From Lingula anatina (taxonomy: Eukaryota; Animalia; Brachiopoda), in contig CM120643.1 of assembly GCA_051362555.1 (NCBI GenBank), positions 29,454,848 through 29,518,847 on the forward strand: a stretch of 64,000 bases of DNA, written 5' to 3'. The notes under the pieces were generated by a model. The model was not told the DNA's origin. It saw only the letters and a program-made list of their open reading frames with translations, and did no database searches. Positions 13,655-24,971 of this stretch are shown piece after piece. A program made the translations under genes and the position numbers. Position 1 is the stretch's first letter. Each line of letters opens with the position of its first letter.

Positions 13655-13775
13655 AGCTCGTCCAATGGCTCATCCAAGAATGGAATTCCTTTCCACAGCA
13701 GTTGCTTCAGACTTTAATAATGTCAAAGAGAAAGAGGTGCGAAGCATGTGTGGTTTCTAGAGGCGGGCATATGAC
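13655..13775 (+). mobile_element. Tc1-family transposase 3'-end remnant
   Basis: LIQEWNSFPQQLLQTLIMSKRKRCEACVVSRGGHM, within ORF 13618..13803. Confidence 0.65.
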
Positions 13776-14530
13776 GGTGAAAATAGCTGTGAATTCAAAT
13801 TAAGCCAATGTAATGGTTGAATATTATCATTTGCAGCTTTAATGTCATTGAACAAAATCGTTCATTGCAATTTCTGCTTATTTAAGTACCCCCTCAGTAT
13901 GAAATTGGAAACCCTAGCAAGCGAAGGTATTAGTACTTCAGCCAGTAGGATGTTGTTAAAGAGGAGGAGCGCAGGTTTAAATTTTAACTTATGTCTCGGA
14001 ACTCCTCTGATTTGGAGTGGGGAATGAAAGGGGAGCTGTCTTGAATTACGACCGACAAGCACTCGATTCCCCCCCCCCTTCCACCATTGTGTGAATAAAT
14101 ATTAAGATATTTTATTTCAGTATTGACGTCCCTTTGCTTACTAGATGTTGAAGGTTTGGTTACATTAAGATTAAATACATTTCAACCTACTACTGTGTGG
14201 TTTCATTAGGATTAACTTAAGATTAACTTACTACAGCGTCATTTCATCAGGATTAACTTTAAGTTAACCTTTCGCTGTGTGGTTACATCAAAACCGAAAT
14301 GGCTGTTTGGTGGCAATTGTTCATGTATATGCATTTGTAATTGTTATTTTCGTGCTATAAGTAGTTACAAGATGTCGCCCGCACAAATCCAATATTTGTC
14401 CAATATAATTTTCAACTGATTTATTTGCTTATTAAGCCGAGACTTATAAATGATTCTAAGAATGTAGACAGGAAAAGATGGAAAGCCTGCGAGCCTACCT
14501 TAATACTGGTTAATACTTCCACGCAGCTAC

Positions 14531-14536
<6 letters not shown>

Positions 14537-14572
<36 letters not shown>
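14537..14572. repeat. (AG)n microsatellite
   Basis: Direct reading. Confidence 0.95.
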
Positions 14573-14579
<7 letters not shown>

Positions 14580-15099
14580 GAGAGAAACAAACTGTGCAAA
14601 GTATCTAATACAGCTGTTTTTATGTTCTTGTGTTTTAGCTGACTAAAGCTATGTTTAATGTATATGTGAAGTACATACGTCGACCATGACAATAAGTTGA
14701 CCATGATCAGTAATGTTTCGAGTAGAACTCACACAAGAATCTGTTGAAATTAAAACCATTTTAGTGTTGCCCTGTGTATGTGTTTGTTTCTAGTAAGTTA
14801 GCGATTGAACCATCCCTATATTCTAACAAACATATATGATATTGACTTTAGTTACTCTCATCTAGTAGGCCTACGTGTCTTTACATTGTCTCAATTTGTT
14901 AGGAGGCTATGATGAAAAGAGAATGGCCTTTTGAAGTTCTTTGGCAGCACCACTGCCAGGCTAGGGAGGTACTAGTATTTCAAGCAATGATGGTATATTT
15001 TATGGAAACAATGTCCTCGTCAAACTATTGGAACGCTAGTGTTTCCAATTCCATACATCATTTACCCAGACCTGCTGGCTGAAGCATTAATACCTTCGC

Positions 15100-15253
15100 T
15101 TTATATATAAATATAATGCATGTAGTAGGACAGGTTATTGCACACAAACATAGCACTTGTCTCAGTCTCACTTTGACCTTCTCACCTTGGCATGACCTTG
15201 GGATCACTTGGGATGGTCCAATCATTATTATTTGTTGCCAAATCCATTCCATT
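15100..15253 (-). pseudogene. Orphan fragment of ACAD-reductase gene: 3' part of exon 7 plus start of intron 7
   Basis: Minus strand encodes NGMDLATNNNDWTIPSDPKVMPR followed by donor GTGAGA; matches 31280-31440 and 62210-62360. Confidence 0.85.
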
Positions 15254-15269
15254 GTGACAAATGTGACAT

Positions 15270-15612
15270 TGAGCGGACATGGCATTCTTCAAACTTGAAC
15301 CCCTCGTACAATTGGTTAACTGAAGGCCACGTTCATAGCAAAAACTAGGGAAATACCGAACAAGGAATGTGTTCGAGTAATTGACAATGTTTCGCAACGT
15401 AAGTGTGCCTCCAATGCAGTGTCGAACCATTTGGAACATATTTTTGAAGCGAACATAACTTTTTAGCAAATCGACCAACCGACTGAAACTTTGGTGACTG
15501 AGAATACGCACACTGAAGTTAAAATCCAGGAAATTTGTTGAAATTGTATGGACCCTTGTTGGATTTAATAATTTTGTATGAATTTTGTGTATTTTTCTTT
15601 TTGGGTCACCCT
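15270..15612. mobile_element. Degraded Tc1/mariner-superfamily (WxPHSPDL-type) remnant, part of the duplicated upstream block
   Basis: Ends in TIR-like TTTTTGGGTCACCCT; homologous to 23670-23950 and related remnants at 20850-21700 and 55690-56581. Confidence 0.55.
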
Positions 15613-15784
15613 ATATTTATTGCTATATACCCGGTTACTTAGTGGCAAATATCGTAATCATAAGTATAAATATTTCATATTAACAATGTTAACTGATTTT
15701 CCTAGCGTTCTGAAAAGAGCCCTGCCTTGGAGTTAGTACGGTACACGTATATGACTTCTAAATACACGTTGAATATACGTTTAA

Positions 15785-15979
15785 GATCACACGCCTCCCC
15801 ACACGTCGTCCCTGAGGGGGGACAGTCATTAAATCTCATCTCCATTGGGACGACACATGGGGAGGCGTGTGAGAGGCGGAGAGACTATTAAAAGATTAGG
15901 CGGTTTTTATTTCATGTACGTCCGCCATATTTAGTCCCCAGGATTTGTAAAGCCTGGCTCATTCGTTGTGAATGCGATC
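15785..15979. mobile_element. Small MITE-like insertion (TAA duplication) with internal hairpin in the upstream region of copy D
   Basis: Absent at the homologous site upstream of copy A (24115-24130, GTTTAAGGGAGTGTTCC). Termini GATCAC...GCGATC flanked by TAA; internal inverted repeat TCACACGCCTCCCCA/TGGGGAGGCGTGTGA. Confidence 0.6.
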
Positions 15980-16604
15980 TAAGGGAGTGTTCCTGTAAGC
16001 TTTTCGTACTAGCTGGGTCGATCTTACTCCCCGGGGTTTCTCGCTAAATTGCATTCAGTTTAAGCGGCTGAAATATCTGGCACGCCTCCTCCTAACTTAA
16101 GTACTTGGGTAAAGTCAGGGAAATTTTGTGGTCCATGATGTTGTTCATGTTGCATTGGCACGCCAGACAATTAAGCTGATTATATTGACTGCACTTTAGG
16201 GAGAACCTCCGCTGAGTTTAATAGATCCTGCTAGTATGAAAAGATTAAGATTAAGGGTATGATGAGTCTAAGAAGACAAGAACCTCCCGCCGATTCCATT
16301 AAAATGGTATGTTAAAATCCAGTGCCAATACTAGCCCACTTCATGTAATATTATGAGAGGGACATACGAGGGTCCTGTTGGGTATTTTACCCGTTGACGT
16401 ATTCACTGTGATTTGTGGACCCTCTCATTCGGAAAACTTATCACACCCTAAACACCACCGTAGCGTCTGTCACACGACCCAAAACCTTGACCCTGGACCC
16501 CTAGACGGCAGATCAGGCGACTTAACCTAGAGTCATTACATAAGAGGCACATAATTCGTTTCAACGCGTCACTCAGAGAGGGCGTCTGATCACCCTTAAG
16601 AACC

Positions 16605-17940
16605 ATGGATATGTTTGCAGAAAAACCCTGGGGTAAGCGCCCTTACTGGGGGGTTGGGTTCAACTACGACCATCAGTGGGTGCTGACAGATAAACAGAGG
16701 GAACTGCAGGGCAAGCTGATGGAGCTGTGCCGAACGACGATGCGACCAAATGCCGTAAGTGACTTTTACATTACAACGCGGTTTTAAATTGTGTCTGTAA
16801 TTTATTTGTTTAAATGGGTTTAATCTAAAACATTAGTGATGTAAAAGAATAAGATGATACTGTATTTTTTTATTTTAAAAAGTGCCCAGACTACATTATT
16901 TAGCGCGAGTGTTTTTAATAACGCACAAGTGAGCCGATCATACAAATGACGTTACGTCATGCTCCAATGTCAAAGGGGCAGACGAAGTTGTGTGCTATTT
17001 AAATTCCATGAAGTAATAATTTTCTTTTTTATTTTGATGACATATGCCCATAGTTGCTGACTCCTAGATTTCCAAATTCAAGTTCACATTAACAATGCGA
17101 TATTGACGATGAATTGGTTATGTACTAATGCCTTTATTATTATTCCTCTTTTCTTTTATACTATTTATTCTGTCATGTTTTTCTAATGGTCGAGTGCATT
17201 TAACGCTTTCGCTGTCTCTGGTAGGAACCAAGCCGATAAGGCTGTCATCCTTTATCATATGAAATCTTGTTAACAGTACGATGCCTGGAGATACACTCTT
17301 GCTTAGCACTACTGACACACATAACTGCACAAAGTATGCTTACTTACTATCTTCTTCGAACCTTGGTCTCATTTTTACGAAGTACATGTATGAATATTAA
17401 AAAAATCTAGTAACGTTGTAAATTTATTTATTAATTGATATATTTTATTTATTTATTTACTTATCTCTGATTATCCGTGTCATGAATTTGCTTTATTGTC
17501 AGTATTCCCAGTGTTTTTAATAGTTTAGATATCGTATAATATAACGCGCATTGAGATATTGATGGAATGGACCATGATTAAGGAGTAGTTTTTTTTAAAA
17601 ATTATTTAAAATCATAACCTTAATGGTAACAGGAAGCAAATGTTTAAGTATGTTGCTGGGTTAATGTGTGGGGGGGTGGGGGCAGAAATAAATAAGCCAC
17701 AGATGAGGAAGGCCCTTCTTAGCCCTTGCTTCCTGATATACATTACATGTACGTTTGACAATGCTGAACAAAACGGTGGGAAGCTGGGCCCCTTAATTAA
17801 CCCCCGGTTCCCACACCATTCAATAAAGCATTGAAGCCCTTGTCTCAAGTTTATTTCACAATACCAATTCTCCATCCTCATCCCTGAATTTACACCTTAT
17901 AATCAGCCAGGTAAGATATGACGAGACATGTGAATTCTCA
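16605..17940 (+). pseudogene. ACAD-reductase copy D: intact exon 1, intron 1 and first ~27 nt of exon 2, truncated at a fold-back junction
   Basis: Exon 1 16605-16754 (MDMFAEKPWGKRPYWG...RPNA, donor GTAAGT); intron highly similar to intron 1 of copy A; exon 2 starts at 17911 and breaks at ~17938. Confidence 0.9.
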
Positions 17941-18700
17941 ATCCCCTAGTAAGGGCGGTTACCCCAGGGTTTCTCTGCAAACATATCCATGGTGCTTCAG
18001 CGCGATCCGACGATCTTTATAAGTGACGCGTTGTGACGAACTAAGTGCTTCGTTATAGTGTCTCTAGCTTGTCACCTGATCTACCGTCCTGGGATCCAGT
18101 TTCAAGGTTGTGGGCCGTGTGACAGACGCTACGGTGGTGTTTAAGGCGTGATAAGATTACTGTATGAGAGGGTCTCGCTGGAGGGGTCGTGATCACAGTT
18201 CACGGAAAATCAAAATCGTCAATTTAAAAAAAATATAGTATATAAAACTTTATTCAAAACTCACTACTTGTAATGCGAGTCAAAATACTGAAAATAATGA
18301 ATTACGAGGAATAATTACTTCGTTTCACGAGAAGTGAAGAATAAAACGACGCAATCATGAGTCAAGGGATAGGTGTGCTGCACGGGCCACGCTATATAAT
18401 ATGAACCTGTTCCGCATCTCAGGAAATAAAAAGTGTCTTTCACCGGTAACGAAAATCCCCTTCGGTCCCTTGTATGACATAATACCACTTGGAGTGAACT
18501 TAGATTCACACTTCGGTTGATTTTAACGTAAATATGTAAATAAAAAAGGCCTGAGATACTTGTCATCTTCAATGTTTATTCGACGGGTACTTGCGAGTCC
18601 TACGTACCGTGTATACCTACCAACTTGAAAGCAGGACTCTGTTCAACACACTAGGTGAATCAGTTGACCTTTTACATGATACATAGATGTTTACGATGTC
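17939..18700 (-). pseudogene. Copy E: inverted promoter, 5'UTR and first ~50 nt of exon 1
   Basis: ATG at 17990 (-), MDMFAEKPWGNRPY* (TGG>TAG); upstream sequence homologous to the promoter of copies A and C. Confidence 0.85.
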
Positions 18701-19839
18701 CAACATACCTCGTGTGTGGGTGCCTGAATTCGACATGTGATATTTGACACTAGGTGACCGGGTGTGACAGAAATGATAGTCCCCGGGGCTCAATGTGATT
18801 AGTAGTGGTTATGGTTTGTTGGAGTATTGGGGTTAGTATACGGGGCAAATGTTTCCTTATAAAGTAACTGGGAACGGACTACGCCCGGTACTTAAAGGAA
18901 TATCATTACTGTCACAACAGAATGAAAACAGTAAATACAAGTTAAATATTGGGAATATTTATGTGACCTTGAATTTCACCAATACCTACTCTCCGCTATG
19001 AACAGTTCTTTACATGTGTTATACATGTATCTACAAAACTGGCAGAAATACACTCATAGAACGTTTGGAACAAAAATGATGTAATGGCAATCTTTCTGTT
19101 ACCTTGAAATTGACCTTTGGCCTACTTTTGACAACGATATGCAGTTTGCTCATTTTCTAGCCCTTATGTCTCCAAAACTGGCAGAGATACACCCATAATC
19201 ACAATGGAACTTGAATAGGAAGTCATATGCGACCTTGTTCACATTTTGAGGTTTAGATAATATGGATTTGAACTCTAGTAGCGCTGAAGCGCTATGCTAC
19301 TTACATATTCCTAATGTCCGTGTAACCTGTTGTGGTGAATTTACTATTGAACATTATGTAAAATTGAATCGAAATTGACAATTAACCATTTTGTGCATCA
19401 CCATTTGCTTTTATGTTTTGTGTAAAAGTGGGTCTCAAATTTCTTCGAAATCACTGCAATATTACAAGAATACCCCAAGAAGCGAAGGATGGGCCTGCGT
19501 GTAGCTTGTCTCTTTTCGAAATGACTGAGGAACTAGTGCTAGACTCCAATTTAATATAAAAAACTAACGGCGCATTTGTGCCAAGGTTAAGACGTTTACT
19601 TTCTTATGTATCCACAAATAGTGTAACCTCCCAACAACATAGAATAACATATGTTTACCGTCCCGCCAGCCATTAATTTGTGCAAAACTGTAAATAAGAA
19701 CTTTGCTGCTGACTTTTAGGATGATGAGTCATATTGAATATTCGATGTGTATTTTTATCCCTTAGGCATATCATTTAATACAGGCAACAATTTGACATAC
19801 TGCTTAAAATATTAGGATAGTGGGGTTTTATAATAAAAA

Positions 19840-21805
19840 GGCGCTTACCCCAGGGTTTCTCTGCAAACATATCCATGATGCTTCAGCGTGATCCGACGAT
19901 CTTTATAAGTGACGCGTTGTGACGAACTAAGTGTTTCTTTATAGTGTCTCTAGCTTATCACCTGATCTACTTTCTAGGAATCCAGTGTCAAGGCTGAGGG
20001 TCGTGTGACAGAAGCTACGGTGGTGTTAAAGGTGTAATAAGTTTACCGTATGAGACAGTACCATTGGAGGGGTCGTGATCACATGTTACAGAAAATTAAA
20101 GTCATTAAAGCAATAATAACTCTTCCTTTGAGATTCAAAATTCCGCAAGAAATACATTGTAAACAACGCATGGAAATATATTATATTGCATTTTACAACT
20201 AAAACAGCTGTTATTATAGTAAAACTAAAATATGTGCTTGTCAGTAGGGCTTTCGATGCCTTTCTTCCCGTCGTCAAGGTATCCGTTGCCAATGACATTG
20301 GGGTGTCACGCGGATTCTCGTGTTCATTCGAGACCAAAATAACATATGGCGCCAAACCTGTGATGCAATCCGCAGACGTAAGTTGCGAGTTAGTGTACAG
20401 TGCGTCGGATAACGAAAAGCCCAGAATTCGCAGTTTGTTGGATTTTAACATGAGCATGTAAATGGAAACAGCCGGAGGCTCTTGTCCTCTTAGAACCATA
20501 GTTTTATCGAACTAGCAGGGTCTATACCCGGTATATCTCAGCGGAGGTTCTCCGTAAGGCGCAATAAATTTACTCAGCTAAATTGTCTGGCATGATCTTT
20601 CGTAAATCAACATAAAGAACATCATGGACCACAGAAGATATATCGATCCATCTAGTGCGATAATGTTGTAGGAACACTCCCTTAAACGTTTATTCAACGG
20701 ATATTTGGGAGCCATACTTAAACCTCACTAACTCCTAGGCAGGACTCTTTTCAGAACGCTAGGAATATATGATATGGAATATATGTATATAAATATGTTA
20801 ACGATGATTGACACTATTTAACCGGGGATAATAGCAATAAATATAGGAAAGAAAAGAAAAAAAAAAAAGATTAAATCCTACATTGGTCCATACAATTTCA
20901 AGAAATTTTAACTTCAGTGTGTGTATGCTCATTCACCAAAGTTTCAGTCGGTTGGTCGATTTGCATAAAAATCAAGTTCGTTTCAAATATATGTTCGACA
21001 TTGCATTGGAGGCACACTTGCATACGTTGCGAAACATTTCAATTACTCGAACCCATTCCTCGTTTGAGGGGGTTCAAGTTTGACGAATGCGGTGTCCACT
21101 CAATGTCACAATTGTTGCTGCTCATGCAGTCTTTCTTGATATCGCTTTTCGGAAGTGCTGCGGAAATTTTGGACATCACTTGGATGATGCAAGGAGATAC
21201 ATGTAGATCGAGATGGACAGTGGTTCCATTTAGAAAGGACCCCCCCCACACACACATACATCAGATGACCCCCTAGCCTGGGTTAGAGAGCAATTTCTGG
21301 AATAGCTGTTCAGTAGGAATTGTGACGTTGAGTGGGCACTGCACTCACCTGACCTGAACCTCCCAAGATATTAGTGGTCTGCCTCTGGTCAGCAGGGTGC
21401 GTCGTATTGATATAACGGTAAGGCAATTTTACATTCAGGGAGACCCAAAAGAAGCAGAACATTCAAAAATGATTAAATCTTAATTTTAAGAACTTTGCTG
21501 GACTTAAACTTCAATGTTTGTATGGCCATTCCCGAAGGTTTCAGATATCTTGGTCGCTTTGCATAAAAGTTATGTCCTTTTTTAAAATATGCTCCAAATA
21601 CCCCCGAGGCATTGGATGCACACTTGCATATGACACGAAAAAAGTGTACATTTTCAAACACATTCCTCCACAGATAAAAATCTGGGGAGGTTTAAGTCCG
21701 ATGAATGCATGTGGCACTGGTGTGTTTGTGTGTGTGTGTGTGTGTGGGGGGGGGGGGAGTACTATTACGCAAGGCACCACTTGATAGTGGAGAGGCTCCG
21801 ACTCA

Positions 21806-21845
<40 letters not shown>

Positions 21846-22560
21846 CTCTGGCTTTGCTGCAGTTATAATGTATATGTAGCACAGCGACATCATCATTAAA
21901 AGATTGAGGACACGGTTGCTGAGTTGATTCACAGAGCAGTTCTTTGGAAAAAAAATAGTCTCAGATGCCTTTTCCAAGCCATAGGGTACATTTTAGTGGT
22001 TATACTTATACCATATAAAGGTACCCTCATCTGTAAATATACACCTGTCTGAATGTACGTGTGTTGTTTTCTAACCAGCATAATGAATACATCAACCTTA
22101 TTTTATAATGCACATGAAGTCTGACAGCTGTCTGTGTTATTCAATATAGAAAGGGGTGAGGTGTATCAGGTAGACAGTAGTCCCGGCGTGTTCAGCCGTC
22201 TTCGTCTATTGCTGGGGCTGGTTGGCACCCCACGAGTAACAGTAATCCGTTTCCATTGTTTTGTACATGTAACAATCGTCTCAGATATTGACCACGATAA
22301 TTTCGGCGAATACAGACCAGTGCCTATTGTCATTGGCTTTTACATTTCTCTTTTAAACCATTTTTTATAAAACGTGATGAAGTATTTTCTTATCTTATAT
22401 ATAAAAAGGTGCGTGAACGTTAATGACAAGCAAACATTCACACATACATACACACACATACAGTACATAACCGATCGAAGCGACAAAGACTTCACTGTTA
22501 AGCATAGGCGCATGGGTGGTCGTAACAGTTGGCTTATTGAACGAGGGGAGACAGCTATTA
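19840..22560 (-). pseudogene. Copy F: first ~37 nt of exon 1 plus ~2.7 kb upstream region, an inverted paralog of the region upstream of copy C
   Basis: ATG at 19876 (-), MDMFAEKPWGKR. 19880-22560 is the reverse complement of ~54160-57550 (e.g. 22134-22520 vs 54920-55370) and lacks the 54180-54908 MITE. Confidence 0.85.
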
Positions 22561-22839
22561 TAAACTCCACATCGAAACAGGCAGATCCACTAACACTCCT
22601 CGGAACGACAGAATATGCCATTACTGTTCTAAAGACAAAATTGAAGATGAAAAACACTTTCTCACAACATGCCCCCTATACAACGACCTGCGAACAATAT
22701 TATATAAGGTATTTACAAAACACTATACACATTTTGGCCTAAATACAAGTGATGAAAAATTTACTAAAATTATGAAATGTCAAGAAGAAGAAACCGTTTC
22801 TGCACTTGCTCAGTTTCTCTCCTACGTTTTCAAGTGTAC

Positions 22840-23950
22840 CGCCAATACAGCGTTAGGCCATTTTGGTACATATTATTAAAAAGAGCATTACTTTTACCAA
22901 ATCGACCAACCGACTGAAACTTCAGCAAATTTCTTGAAATTTATGGACCCTTAATTGTAGGCTTTAATAATTTTTTATGAATTCCGTGTTTTTTTCTTTT
23001 TGGGTCACCCTGTATCTCAAAGACAATTTGTACCAGAAAAACCTCATATGAATGGTGAACTGTGGGGAGCAATCACAGTAAAACCTCGAAGGAGGAATGT
23101 GTTTGAAAAATGTACACTTTTTTCGTGTCATATGCAAGTGTCCATCCAATGCCTCGGTGGTATTTGGAGCATATTTTAAAAAAGAACATAACTTTTATGC
23201 AAAGCGACCAAAATATCTGAAACCTTCGGGAATGGTCATACAAACATTGAAGTTTAAGTCCAGCAAATTTCTGAAAATTTGATGGACCTTTGTAGGATTT
23301 AATAATTTTTATATGTTCTGCCTTTTTGGGTCACTCTGTATGTAAAATTGCCTTACCCTTATATTAATACGACGCACCCTGCTGACCAGAGGCAAACCAC
23401 TAATATCTGGGGAGGTTCAGGTCAGGTGAATGTAGTGCCCACTCAACATCACACTTCCTACTGATTGGACATTCCAGAAATTACTCTCTAACCCAGGCTA
23501 GGGGGTCATCTGATGTGTGTGTGTGTGCCTGGGGGGGGGGGTCCTTTCTAAATGGAACCACTGTCCATGTCGATCTTTGTCCTTGCATCATACCAAAGAT
23601 GTCAAAAATTTTCGCAGCACTTCAAAAAAGCGATATCAGGATAGACTGCATGAGCAGCAACAATTGTGGCATTGAGTGGACACCGCATTCTTCAAACTTG
23701 AAACCCTCAAACAATTGGTTAACTGAAGACCACCTTCATAGCAAAGATTAGGGAAATATCGAACGAGGTATGTATTCGAGTAATTGACAATGTTTCGCAA
23801 CGTATGCAAGTGTGCCTCCAATGTAGTGTCGAACCATCTGGAACATATTTTTGAAACCAATGTAACTTTTTAGCAAATCGACCAACCGACTGAAACTTTG
23901 GATTTAATAATTTTGCATGAATTTTGTGTATTTTTCTTTTTGGGTCACCC
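22840..23950. mobile_element. Cluster of degraded Tc1/mariner-superfamily fragments upstream of copy A; inverted relative to 21060-21660
   Basis: Repeated TIR-like TTTTTGGGTCACCCTGTA; transposase remnants YLKDNLYQ and EWTPHSSNLKP. Confidence 0.55.
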
Positions 23951-24971
23951 TATATTTATTGCTATATCAACGGTTACTTAGTGGCAAATATCGTAATCAT
24001 AAGTATATATATTTCATATTAACGATGTTAACTGATTTCCCTAGCGTTCTGAAAAGAGCCCTGCCTTGGAGTTAATACGGTACACGTATATGACTTCTAA
24101 ATACACGTTTGAATATAGGTTTAAGGGAGTGTTCCTATAAGCTTTTCGTACTAGCTGGATCGATCTTACTCCCCGGGGATTCTCGCTAAATTGCATTCAG
24201 TTTAAGCGGCTGAAATGTCTGGCACGCCTCCTCCTAACTTAAAGTACTTGGGTAAAGTCAGGAAAATTTTGTGGTCCATGATGTTGTTCATGTTGCTTTG
24301 GCATGCCAGGCAATTAAGCTGATTATATTGACTGCACTTTATGGAGAACCTCGGCTGAGTTAAATAGATCTTGCTAGTATGATAAGATTAAGATTAAGGG
24401 TATGATGAGTCTAAGAAGTCAAGAACCTCCCGCCGATTCCATTTAAATATTTACTTTAAAATCCACTGGTGTGCCAATACTAGCCCACTTCATGTAATAT
24501 TATGAGAGGGACATACGAGGGTCCTGTTGGGTATTTTACCCGTGGGCGTCACTTTTTTATTTCCCGAGGCACGTGACACGTTCATATTATTTTACCTGAT
24601 ATGTGAAGCACCCCTTTCGAGTGTCTTTTTATCCTCTGCCTTGCATTAATCGAAGTCATTGTACCGGTGACTAGTGATTTTCTGGATTTTCGATTCGCAT
24701 TACCAGTAGCGAGATATGAATAAAGTTGTATTTACTGTGATTTGTGAAATTGATGACTATAATTTTCCGTGAACTGTGAAAACGACCCCCCAGCGGGACC
24801 CTGTCATACGGAAAACTAATCACACCCCAGCATCTGTCTCACGATCCAAAACCTTGACCCTTGACCCCTAGACGGCATATCATGTGACTTAACTTAGAGG
24901 CATTACATAAAAGGCACATAATCCGTTTCAACCAGTCACTTATAAAGATCGTCGGATCGCGCTGAAGCACC

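Noticed and set aside
14903-14968. Possible orphan exon (TTAG|GAGGCTATGATGAAAAGAGAATGGCC...GAG|GTACT)
   Set aside because: The most protein-like frame contains a stop, and no partner exons or recognisable family were found.
21541-21977. Poly-N/Y/I ORFs (also 2268-2579, 3721-4001, 27995-28322)
   Set aside because: Translations of microsatellites.
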